This document shows positions 16,880-25,428 of a stretch of 39,820 nt of DNA, piece after piece. The position numbers were made by a program, and so were the translations under genes. Position 1 is the stretch's first letter; each line of letters opens with the position of its first letter. This stretch comes from a virus (Duplodnaviria; Caudoviricetes): positions 1-39,820 of IMG/VR virus record IMGVR_UViG_3300048886_000193, one strand, 5' to 3'. A model generated the notes under the pieces. That model saw only the letters and a program-made list of their open reading frames with translations. It was not told where the DNA came from and ran no database searches.

Positions 16880-19338
16880 TACTTGATGATACCGAGCTTA
16901 CGGGCTTCTTCCTCACTGATAGTCTTGCCCTTGAGCTTTCCAACGGTTGACAGCATCGTCCGGTCAGCCTCCATTTCGGGAATAGTTCCGCTTACATCAG
17001 TTATCTTAGACTTAAGCTGATCTCTCCTCTTGATGTAAGCAGTTCTCTCAGGGATGGTTAGTCTTCTTAATGCTTTGTCTCTCTTGCCTTTGCCGCTGCG
17101 ACCCACAGCAACAGACCTGCCATGCTTAAGCTCGTCCTCAATTATCTTCAGTTGGGACTTATAGGAGCTTAAATCCTTCTTGATGCTACCAATCCTAGAG
17201 TTTATCAATTTTTGCGGGTCTCTGTTAATTCCTCGGTCTTGAGTTGAATTATATTTGTACTTTCTCAGGAATGATTCCCTAATCGACGGGGTGAGACCTC
17301 CCTCTATATAAACAGTTCCAGATGATTTATCACGCGCATAGTCCACACCTTCCCTCATCATGGAATATGCCTTACGAGCATGAACTACACTAGCCTCGGA
17401 TTCTTTCTTTGCTGCCGTAGCCTTCTCAAACTTCTCAGCCCTGACAATCGCGCCCCTAGCTTCCTCTACCGCCATTCTCTCCTCCTTGAATCCATTGGGG
17501 TCTATAATTGGCCCGCGCCAGCCAGTTGCCTTCAGTTCTGCTCCGACCCTTTCGAGATTTTTCCTCGCCTCTTCTACAGTTGGCTCTAAAGGTTCTGGTG
17601 CTACAGGTGCGGGTGCTACTGGTTCTACGGGTGCTACTGGTGCTTCTGGCTCACCGAAACCATATTCTACTGGCTCCTTGAACGCCTCGACATCGGCTCC
17701 AAGTCCAGCAGCAGTTCTAGCATCCCACGCTGCACCTATCTCTGCCTGTGTCGGGCCTTGTCCAATCGCCCTGCCAAGTCCAGTGTACGGCCCCGGCCCC
17801 CATCCCGGCAGTGACGGCTCGCCAGCGGTATCATAAGCTGCGCCACCAGTGATTGAATCTAATAGGTGCTGCATGACTTCCGGATCGTGGACTGGTCGCG
17901 GTGGCGTAAGTAGGGGAGCTAATCCTGAGTGTTGGGTTCCCTCGGCAGTAGTAGTCTGCTTTGGAATCAACTTCCCCTCGGTGGCTGGAGTTGCTTCACC
18001 AAAATTGATTCCTCCCTTTGCTGCTACGGGTGGCACATAATACTGCCCGCTCTCAACTCTCACCTTAATATCTTTTTGCCTTAGAAGGTCTAGTTCTCTG
18101 TGCCTTTCATACTGCCTAATGGTCATGGTCGGATCGAGTTCGTAGTTGACCACAAGTGCACCAGTTTTTTCATTCGTCATAGGGACTTCTCTGCCGTCAA
18201 CATAAGTCGTGTGGAATGGCTTGGTAATGCTCTTCCTGTGAACTGCAATGCCCTCAAGAATCTTTTCATTAAGTGGGACATTGTTCTTAGAGGCATCGGC
18301 CATTATGTATTCTATAGCTAAGAACGCATCCCCCTGACCCATCTCCTGTGCCTGTTTATACTTGGCTTTCTTTTCCTCTGTTTGCCCAATAGATGCCATC
18401 CCGATAGCTCTTTGCATCTTATATGGCAGTTCCGCCTTGTACTTCTCGGAATTTTTGTATGTCTCCACGAATCCGCCCTTACCATTAAACCACGCACTAA
18501 GCGAACCTCTTGCATTAGTTAGTGCCGATGTCTGCTTGAAAGTTCCTCCGCTGGCCGGTATATCAGCAATCTTTAGAGCCATATTGGACAGCCACTCGTC
18601 ATGGGACACCCCTTCTGGCTTGCCTAATAATATTTCCTTCTTAATGCTGGATTCCAGTGTGCGAATGTTCTCCAACGCCGCAGTCTGCTTTTTTGCCGAG
18701 TCTATATCGAAATTGGTCTGCTTCAATAAGCGTTGCGCTTCGGACACCTCTGCCTGTGCTCTCATTAAGTTGGTGGCATTGTTGGAAGCATCATTGGCTA
18801 TATTCTGTGCTTGAACTTGTGCCCATACCTTCGCCTCCTCCTCCAACTTTGCAGCCGTAGCCGTTTCATTCCTAGTTTTAGCCTCTTGCTGCTTCAATCC
18901 CTGCTGCAATGCCCTCTTGTTATAATCTGGGATGCTTTGTTTCGCCTCTAGGATGTCTCGATCACTCTCGGCTAAAACCTGCTCCTGCTGCGCCTTGGCC
19001 TTGGTTTGCTCTGACTCCCACTTCAGCTTCCTAGCCCTAGACTTTACTGCCTTACCTTCCTCCTCTACAAAAGCCCCCTTAAGAGGTTTCCCCTTGTACA
19101 GCTCTCCCCTAGCCAACTTGTCAGCCTTGCCCTTCTTGTAGCCATATGCTGTAGAAAGGTCTTCCCCAAGCTCCTCTCTTTCCGTTCTCTCATCCCCAGT
19201 CTCTACGTCATAGAAACCGGCATCCCTCCTAGCCTTTAACTCGGCCTTCTCCTTCTCGGTCATCTTCGCACCATAGCCGCTACTTCTGCCAGTAGTAGAC
19301 CCGAAGTTCTGAGCAAACCCTTTTTCAAATCCTCCCAT
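16879..19338 (-). CDS. Putative internal virion/ejection protein (819 aa)
   Basis: Coiled-coil composition, Pro/Ala/Glu linker, synteny between pilot protein and giant protein. Confidence 0.65.
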   Translation of the reverse strand: MGGFEKGFAQNFGSTTGRSSGYGAKMTEKEKAELKARRDAGFYDVETGDERTEREELGEDLSTAYGYKKGKADKLARGELYKGKPLKGAFVEEEGKAVKSRARKLKWESEQTKAKAQQEQVLAESDRDILEAKQSIPDYNKRALQQGLKQQEAKTRNETATAAKLEEEAKVWAQVQAQNIANDASNNATNLMRAQAEVSEAQRLLKQTNFDIDSAKKQTAALENIRTLESSIKKEILLGKPEGVSHDEWLSNMALKIADIPASGGTFKQTSALTNARGSLSAWFNGKGGFVETYKNSEKYKAELPYKMQRAIGMASIGQTEEKKAKYKQAQEMGQGDAFLAIEYIMADASKNNVPLNEKILEGIAVHRKSITKPFHTTYVDGREVPMTNEKTGALVVNYELDPTMTIRQYERHRELDLLRQKDIKVRVESGQYYVPPVAAKGGINFGEATPATEGKLIPKQTTTAEGTQHSGLAPLLTPPRPVHDPEVMQHLLDSITGGAAYDTAGEPSLPGWGPGPYTGLGRAIGQGPTQAEIGAAWDARTAAGLGADVEAFKEPVEYGFGEPEAPVAPVEPVAPAPVAPEPLEPTVEEARKNLERVGAELKATGWRGPIIDPNGFKEERMAVEEARGAIVRAEKFEKATAAKKESEASVVHARKAYSMMREGVDYARDKSSGTVYIEGGLTPSIRESFLRKYKYNSTQDRGINRDPQKLINSRIGSIKKDLSSYKSQLKIIEDELKHGRSVAVGRSGKGKRDKALRRLTIPERTAYIKRRDQLKSKITDVSGTIPEMEADRTMLSTVGKLKGKTISEEEARKLGIIK

Positions 19339-19370
19339 AATTATGTTCTCCTATGTGCGGCGTCTGAATG

Positions 19371-20282
19371 TTAGGGCTTCGCCAGTATCCCCATACCCTG
19401 TCCCAAGGCCATCGTGCCCAACTTCGCCACACCACCGAGTATGGTTCCCATTGGATCGCTGCGATTGGCTAACTGTGCACTATACATACTTCCCTGAGTT
19501 CCAAATACGTTGGTTGCAAACTGTGCTCCCTGTGCCCCTGCGTTAGCGTTTAGCCCAAGTCCGGACATCTGCTGTGGCATGAACGGAGCCGCACCCTGCT
19601 GTGCCCCTGCAACCTGACCTAGCTGTCCCGTCTGTGGTAAACCTACATAAGAGCGAGCCATGTTCAATCTCTCACCGAGCAGTCTCCTGCCCATACCGTA
19701 CTGAGCCAGAGCTTCATCCATAGTTGGAGCAGTACCCAGCATCGCCCCTCCGCGTGCAGCAGTTGATCTCCTGAATGATTGCTCTGCGAACCTGATCTCA
19801 TCGTCAGACAGTGAGGTTCCCTTCTCAAGTTCCGCCAGTGTCACCTCGGCAAGTCTCTTCCTGACCTTGAATCCAACCGGATCGGACTCCTCAATGCGCT
19901 TAAGGGATTCGTCCATGAATGCAGTGCCGTACTTCTTCTGTATATCCAAAGCCGTCTGCGCCATAGACTCAGCACTTCTCCTCTGGCCTTCGAGTGACGT
20001 AACCTGCTGATCGAGGTCGCTTATCCCCCTGAAATCGTAATCAATCTTCCTGTCGCCTATGGACACCTGACCATGACCGCCCATCTTGGCCGCTGCCTCT
20101 ATAGCTTTTCTGGCTGGGAGACTCTCTATGTCTGCAATGACGCCCTCCCTGTTCGCTTCGGCGTAGTCGGGTGCTGGCGGGGGAGGAGGAGTGCCCTTGC
20201 ATACTGCGTCCTGTGCTGCCCACCAGTGGTTCCGATAGGCTTTGGTAATCTCCTGTGCTAATCTAAGGCAGTGCTGGTGCAT
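19371..20282 (-). CDS. Putative DNA-ejection/pilot protein (303 aa)
   Basis: KG-PPPPPAPDY N-terminal motif, Gly/Ala/Gln-rich body, hydrophobic Gly-rich C-terminus; podovirus synteny. Confidence 0.65.
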   Translation of the reverse strand: MHQHCLRLAQEITKAYRNHWWAAQDAVCKGTPPPPPAPDYAEANREGVIADIESLPARKAIEAAAKMGGHGQVSIGDRKIDYDFRGISDLDQQVTSLEGQRRSAESMAQTALDIQKKYGTAFMDESLKRIEESDPVGFKVRKRLAEVTLAELEKGTSLSDDEIRFAEQSFRRSTAARGGAMLGTAPTMDEALAQYGMGRRLLGERLNMARSYVGLPQTGQLGQVAGAQQGAAPFMPQQMSGLGLNANAGAQGAQFATNVFGTQGSMYSAQLANRSDPMGTILGGVAKLGTMALGQGMGILAKP

Positions 20283-20595
20283 TCTGTTCCTCCCATGATG
20301 TCATTGCGTTATCGTAAATGTTTCTAAGGTCGTCCCTGTCCAACTTCTCAAGATTCTCTACGCTAATAAATTTCCCGTAAAGGTCGTTCTTCCAGTATCC
20401 GGTAATGTAGACTTCAGCAATGTCCGGAGCATAATCACTAATGAATACAAACGACTTGCCAAGCGATCTGCCGTCAATGTTAAACGACTCACCCACATAC
20501 ACGCCATGAGGCACACGCTCTTCCATCAGGATGTTGGCTGTCGGAACCTTTTCCTGATACTGTCTGCCTTTAATTACTGGCCCTGATAAGTGCAT
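20263..20595 (-). CDS. Hypothetical protein (110 aa)
   Basis: Overlaps both neighbours in the late operon. Confidence 0.65.
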   Translation of the reverse strand: MHLSGPVIKGRQYQEKVPTANILMEERVPHGVYVGESFNIDGRSLGKSFVFISDYAPDIAEVYITGYWKNDLYGKFISVENLEKLDRDDLRNIYDNAMTSWEEQNAPALP

Positions 20596-21008
20596 AATAC
20601 TCTCTCCAATACCTCTGGTTTCAGTTGTTTCTTATTCCCATGTCGCAAACCGAAAAGCTTAAGCTCTCTCCAACCGGGAGTCCTTTCTTTAAGTTCATCG
20701 ATACACGTTGCCAACGCCCGCTTCGTCGAGCATATGACGTCTGAGATGTAGAAAGAGTCGCCTCTGGGGTTGCTGGGGAGCCAATGCCTATCCAAGTCGT
20801 CTTCATTGCACTGGAATCCCACTCCCATCCCGACCAGTACACCATCATCCTCGACGAGACAGAGACTTCCATTTTGTTGGTGGAACCTGAAGTATATCTC
20901 CAAGATATTGTCCGGCCATCCGTCGAAACACAGCCCTCTGGAGTCATTCCGCCTACAGAAGTCAATGACATCAGGAATTCTAAATCTTCGTTGGTCGTCA
21001 ATGTTCAT
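20574..21008 (-). CDS. Hypothetical protein, possibly GNAT-like fold
   Basis: LCLVEDDGVLVGMGV...FYISDVIC pattern; position after the nozzle gene. Confidence 0.5.
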   Translation of the reverse strand: MNIDDQRRFRIPDVIDFCRRNDSRGLCFDGWPDNILEIYFRFHQQNGSLCLVEDDGVLVGMGVGFQCNEDDLDRHWLPSNPRGDSFYISDVICSTKRALATCIDELKERTPGWRELKLFGLRHGNKKQLKPEVLERVLCTYQGQ

Positions 21009-22567
21009 TTCTCCAAGGCCATCGTGTTTATATATGCGCTCGCCTTAATAGACCTGACCGTTAATCTACCGGAAGACGCCTTGACTCTGAACTGTGCTTC
21101 CGAAAATTCCCCAAGTGTCGTTAAGTTGAACGCTCTCTGAAAAGCCCCCAGCGTTGGAAGGTCGAATGGCAGGTCTACAGGCAACTCAACTAAAGCGGCC
21201 TGAGTATTAACCATGCTTGCAAGTAGCTTATCCTGAATGCCAGCAGCCTCATCAAGTGATACAAATATCTCCGCGCAATCGCACCCCACGTTGCTACTTG
21301 CCAGCTCTATATCCGCATGATTCCCCAGCTTGGGCGACAGATAGTCTCCGAATACATGACCCCTGCTGAGTAACATGGATTCATAGTCATCGCCATCGTC
21401 CTGATAAGTAGACGGAACAACTGAGCCATCGGGAATATGATCCAGCCAAGTAAGAACCTTTCCAGTGCTATCCCCGAACACCATCTTTGGAAAATCACTG
21501 AAGGTTGAAACCCCGTATATCATGGGAGTCCATCCAGTCCAGTACCCAGACCAAGACTTTGTTATTAGGTTAAAGACAAATGTGTAATTCGGGGTGGTGG
21601 CGGAATCCAGAGGGACTGATAGTATGTACCTGTTATTCCAGACTTTTGCACAAGACTTGTGTGCGTACCCCCAGTTCACCCTCTCAATGAAGTCACCTAT
21701 GGGGGAGGAGATTGGCTCTGAGACGGATGATTGCGCCCCGCTTAGGATTGTTCGTATAGTCCTTACTCCATCTCTGGCTAGGAAGATAACATCCGCTCCG
21801 GCTTGGGCAATAGTCCTGTGAGACACACACCCAACTGAGTCATCAATCTTGTCGATCCTCCAACTGGAGCCGCTCGCCTCTGCTGGGTTGGTTGTGACCA
21901 TGTGGATGGAGCGGGTCTTGAACACTAGAAGGATAAAGTTGTACCAGCTTGCAATGCCCGTAATGGGATCGCCCTCACCGCCACCAATCCTTATCTTGAA
22001 AGCCGCTGGCCATGACCCTCCGTCCAGTAGATCGCTGGCAGCAAGTTCATCGTCGTAGTTCTCAGTGTTGGCCATGAAGAGACGGTTAGTGTGGTTGATG
22101 AGGTACTTGCCCCTCGGAGGATCAGTCGAGGTATGAAGTTCATCTGATACAGTCGTGCCGTCATACGAGTGGACGTTGCCAGAATCATCAGTCATGTAAG
22201 CCACATCAACTAGCTGCGCGAATTCTACATTGCTCCCCGCTGATGGTGAGTATCCGGACAGGGTTGACCAGCTCCCTCCAGTTGACTTGTAGAGTGTCCC
22301 GTCTGCTACGGCCAACAACTCCTCAGTGGCTGGTTTGTCGAAAAAGGTTAGCCCGTCTATCTGCTCAGAAATTGTTGCCCCCACTATCTCCGTGCCCCTT
22401 CTGGTTATGATGGAGCCAAACTTGTCAATGTCCATGTTCTTAGACTCTGAATACTGGGAGTCCTTGAGGAGATTAGACCTAACGCTACTCACCTGACCGC
22501 CGACAAAACTGCCAGTAAGGTCATATGCGAGCTGATCGTCCAGCCCATCGTTGTAGTGAACAGGCAT
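21005..22567 (-). CDS. Tail nozzle/stabilisation protein (P22 gp10 / T7 gp12-like)
   Basis: Beta-rich; NMD..G.I.TRRG, NRLF, GCVS..TI, FLARDGV motifs; synteny. Confidence 0.78.
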   Translation of the reverse strand: MPVHYNDGLDDQLAYDLTGSFVGGQVSSVRSNLLKDSQYSESKNMDIDKFGSIITRRGTEIVGATISEQIDGLTFFDKPATEELLAVADGTLYKSTGGSWSTLSGYSPSAGSNVEFAQLVDVAYMTDDSGNVHSYDGTTVSDELHTSTDPPRGKYLINHTNRLFMANTENYDDELAASDLLDGGSWPAAFKIRIGGGEGDPITGIASWYNFILLVFKTRSIHMVTTNPAEASGSSWRIDKIDDSVGCVSHRTIAQAGADVIFLARDGVRTIRTILSGAQSSVSEPISSPIGDFIERVNWGYAHKSCAKVWNNRYILSVPLDSATTPNYTFVFNLITKSWSGYWTGWTPMIYGVSTFSDFPKMVFGDSTGKVLTWLDHIPDGSVVPSTYQDDGDDYESMLLSRGHVFGDYLSPKLGNHADIELASSNVGCDCAEIFVSLDEAAGIQDKLLASMVNTQAALVELPVDLPFDLPTLGAFQRAFNLTTLGEFSEAQFRVKASSGRLTVRSIKASAYINTMALEK

Positions 22568-23211
22568 TATATAAGGCTATCGGCGTTCCAGTGAGCCTCC
22601 ACTATGGGGATTATTCTGGAGTTGGAAGCCGATTGATGTTTCTCCAAGTCCTTGGCTATGTTGAGTTGGTTCATTGCCTCCGTAAATTTAAGCTGCGCCT
22701 TCTGGTACTGCCGGATGTGTTCAAGCATATCTCCCTCTACCATGCCTAGCAGGACATTATCTATCCCGTTTATCTTTGGAGAATCCGTATCCCCCAGAGC
22801 AACAATCTTTAGCTTCCCAAGAATCAGGATGGTCTTCGCCACAGACGGCTTCCTGAGCAGTTTAATCCTAGCATCACCGTCTAACTTCGGCAGGATTATA
22901 AACTTTGCAACCTCTCCTGAGTCTCCGAACAGAGTTGGGTCTATCTGGAACACCGCAGAGTAGTCAACGGGCATGATCTCCTTGTCATCCCAAACGGCGG
23001 CAACAGGAAAGTCCAGCACCGTGTTCAATGTCACCGTTTCAGTATCAATGGATATTTCCTGCGAGTCTGTTGCAAGGGATTCCCTCCAGAGTGCAGCGTT
23101 CCATATCATGTCGTATCTTCGGTCAATGAATGACTTCAACATGGTGAGGCTGGCTTCATCTGACTTCTGAACCTTATCCGCTACGAATTGAGCTATTTCG
23201 TTTTTAGTCAT
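22567..23211 (-). CDS. Head-tail adaptor (tail tubular protein A-like)
   Basis: 214 aa with helical termini, immediately upstream of the nozzle gene. Confidence 0.65.
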   Translation of the reverse strand: MTKNEIAQFVADKVQKSDEASLTMLKSFIDRRYDMIWNAALWRESLATDSQEISIDTETVTLNTVLDFPVAAVWDDKEIMPVDYSAVFQIDPTLFGDSGEVAKFIILPKLDGDARIKLLRKPSVAKTILILGKLKIVALGDTDSPKINGIDNVLLGMVEGDMLEHIRQYQKAQLKFTEAMNQLNIAKDLEKHQSASNSRIIPIVEAHWNADSLI

Positions 23212-23213
23212 AT

Positions 23214-24311
23214 CTATCCCACAACTCGCACGGTTACAAATCCATCTGCTCCTGCGGTGGGAGCGGTTCCATTATCATACTGCTCCACTCCTCCTGCCCC
23301 CTTCGCGCCGACTGAAGCTATAGTTGGTATATAGTATGAAGCCGGATTAGGCGGTTGCTTGTTTAAGCTCAGGCCTGTGTCTCGCGCATTAAATGTTACT
23401 GTGCCGCACGCTGCTTGGGAGGACGCGTGAGTGTCAGCGTGCGCGTCACCGCTTCCCTCAGTGCCGCCGGTTGAAACAACGTAAGAGCCGAATGAAGATT
23501 GACCCCCAGATTCTCCGACACCAACGCCACCGCCTGAACCTACCGTCACTGTAACGGTTGACTCTGCTGAAATGTCCACCCAGTCAACTCCGTAACCACC
23601 GTGCCCACCAGCTTGTCCACGATTATTCGTAGAACCTGTGCCGCCAGCACCGCCGCCACCCACAACGGTCACCTGAACCCAAGTTGCACCGGCAGGTTTA
23701 GTCCATGTCCCATCCGCTGTGAAAGTTTCAGTCTCGAATACTGGATTATATGCCCAGCTTGGGTCTGCCCCCGCACCTCCGCTCTGGAGGAATTGACCAT
23801 CCGCCCCTGCCCCAAGTCGTGCAGCAGTTCCGCCTGAACCGAAGTAAAGTACATCACCCTGCGTACCAGCTTCCAATTTGGCGGGAGTCACTGCACCTGT
23901 CGCGAGTTTCGCTGCGGTCACACCGTCCGATGCACCCGTGGAATCAGCGAGCTTTGCTGTGGTAATGTTTGCGTCCAGAACCTTGGCGGTTGTCACCGCA
24001 TCATTGGCAATAGTTACTACTCCGGCGTTGGTAATGGTAACGTCGCCACTTACCGCCGTACTGGTCGCCACATTACCTGAGCTTCCGAGAAGAATAGTGC
24101 CAGATGTCAGGGAGGCCAGCTTAGTGAAGGTAATCCCAGCAGCGGCGTCAACCTTGGCATTTGTAACAGACCCGTCGTCCAGCTTGGCTGTGGTTATGAC
24201 ACCAGTGTTAATAGTGGCACTGCCTATCAGGGAATTCAGGTTGCTGTGATTTACAGTATAGTTTGCCCCGCTTGTGTCGGTGTAAGTATATCCAGCAGTA
24301 ATATCAGGCAT
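23214..24311 (-). CDS. Tail fibre/appendage protein with VT-x-AKL repeats and glycine-rich C-terminal domain
   Basis: Repeated (I/V)TxAK(L/V) units; FTADGTWTKPAG...VTVVGGGGAGG domain. Confidence 0.75.
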   Translation of the reverse strand: MPDITAGYTYTDTSGANYTVNHSNLNSLIGSATINTGVITTAKLDDGSVTNAKVDAAAGITFTKLASLTSGTILLGSSGNVATSTAVSGDVTITNAGVVTIANDAVTTAKVLDANITTAKLADSTGASDGVTAAKLATGAVTPAKLEAGTQGDVLYFGSGGTAARLGAGADGQFLQSGGAGADPSWAYNPVFETETFTADGTWTKPAGATWVQVTVVGGGGAGGTGSTNNRGQAGGHGGYGVDWVDISAESTVTVTVGSGGGVGVGESGGQSSFGSYVVSTGGTEGSGDAHADTHASSQAACGTVTFNARDTGLSLNKQPPNPASYYIPTIASVGAKGAGGVEQYDNGTAPTAGADGFVTVRVVG

Positions 24312-24314
24312 ATG

Positions 24315-24494
24315 TCATTCCTTTTTCTTTTTGGCAATCGCAGACCACACCACTCCAACAATGGTGATTAAGGCTCCGACAGCCATCTCAAGTTCAGTTT
24401 CTCCGATAACTCCCTTAGTCACCAATGCTCCACCTGCGGCAGTCAGAATGTGCCTGACGACACCGTTCAGTATTGTGTCTTTAGTTTTGTCCAT
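24315..24494 (-). CDS. Putative holin (59 aa, two TM segments, basic tail), absent from the ORF track
   Basis: Hand translation MDKTKDTILNGVVRHILTAAGGALVTKG...VGALITIVGVVWSAIAKKKKE. Confidence 0.75.
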   Translation of the reverse strand: MDKTKDTILNGVVRHILTAAGGALVTKGVIGETELEMAVGALITIVGVVWSAIAKKKKE

Positions 24495-24603
24495 ATTTTT
24501 TCCTCGCTCTCTTGTTTGCTCTCTTCCTCGCAGAACCTTTCATACCCTTCCTGCGGTTATAACTTTTCTTAGTCTCTCCTGTGTATTTTCTCTTCTCAGG
24601 CAT
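24481..24603 (-). CDS. Very basic 40-aa peptide, absent from the ORF track
   Basis: AGGAG RBS; MPEKRKYTGETKKSYNRRKGMKGSARKRANKRARKKYGQN fills the gap between two membrane-protein genes. Confidence 0.65.
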   Translation of the reverse strand: MPEKRKYTGETKKSYNRRKGMKGSARKRANKRARKKYGQN

Positions 24604-24608
24604 ATCTC

Positions 24609-24764
24609 CTAATCTCCATCTTTCAACAGCCTTGCTATTTTAACGGTAGTCCAGACGCAGGTAAGCAGCAGAAGGAGAACCTTTAACACCATCTCCAAGT
24701 CCGACAGGGACACTGCCGCCAACACTGAACCATTAACCCCGAATAGCTTAATATACTCAATCAT
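24609..24764 (-). CDS. Small membrane protein (51 aa), holin-like, absent from the ORF track
   Basis: MIEYIKLFGVNGSVLAAVSLSDLEMVLKVLLLLLTCVWTTVKIARLLKDGD; alternative start at 24770. Confidence 0.7.
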   Translation of the reverse strand: MIEYIKLFGVNGSVLAAVSLSDLEMVLKVLLLLLTCVWTTVKIARLLKDGD

Positions 24765-24790
24765 TTGCATCCACCCTACTCATCCTGAAA

Positions 24791-25150
24791 CTATTCACTG
24801 GGTTCCGGCGTTGGCTCCTCCCACACCCATGAGCGCGGCAACGGTTGTAACCGCTTCGCCTCAATCTGCTTGTCAAGAACCTCATGCCAGTTGTTTTCGG
24901 CAATGCATTTATCAGCAATCTCATTCTGCCACTTCTGGTCAGGGTCATCGCAGAGTGTCTTGAACTCGATGAAGTTCTCTGGGTCAACAATCAGCGCGAC
25001 TTTAGCGTCGATATGAGATGAGTAGCCGTCCTCCGCTTTGGCGGTACAAGAAACTACGAGGTGCGTAATTACGTTATCCTTCATCTCACCACCGACTTCC
25101 AAGCTCCGCACGAGGGGTGTAAGATTTCCTTTTGTATATGTGTTGGCCAT
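24791..25150 (-). CDS. Hypothetical protein, possible tail-fibre chaperone
   Basis: Downstream of a fibre gene; ends ...QIEAKR...W. Confidence 0.6.
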   Translation of the reverse strand: MANTYTKGNLTPLVRSLEVGGEMKDNVITHLVVSCTAKAEDGYSSHIDAKVALIVDPENFIEFKTLCDDPDQKWQNEIADKCIAENNWHEVLDKQIEAKRLQPLPRSWVWEEPTPEPSE

Positions 25151-25156
25151 AAATTG

Positions 25157-25423
25157 TTATGTGTTGTTGTTTCTTTTTGCCCTGCGGCGTTTCAGTAGCT
25201 CATCAGTTGCCTTACGGTGATTCGTTGAGCGGTGACGGCAACACCAGTGCAGGTCTTCATCACTCAACTCGGCAGCGTTAGTTCCATCACCATCATTGAA
25301 GGCTTGTCCATCCACGGACACCTTATGAAACTTCGCCAGATACTTTACCGCCTCTGCCAACTCATCCAGCGTGAGGTCGTCAGTGTCTTTGCCTTGCAGA
25401 ATGTTTTTAGTGTTAGCGTCCAT
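25157..25423 (-). CDS. Hypothetical protein (88 aa)
   Basis: Start placed at MDANTK, 5 nt after the fibre gene stop. Confidence 0.65.
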   Translation of the reverse strand: MDANTKNILQGKDTDDLTLDELAEAVKYLAKFHKVSVDGQAFNDGDGTNAAELSDEDLHWCCRHRSTNHRKATDELLKRRRAKRNNNT

Positions 25424-25428
25424 AAATT

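Noticed and set aside
24762-24770. Dual-start holin/antiholin motif (MQM)
   Set aside because: The intervening residue is uncharged, unlike the Lys in lambda S, and neither start has a clear RBS.
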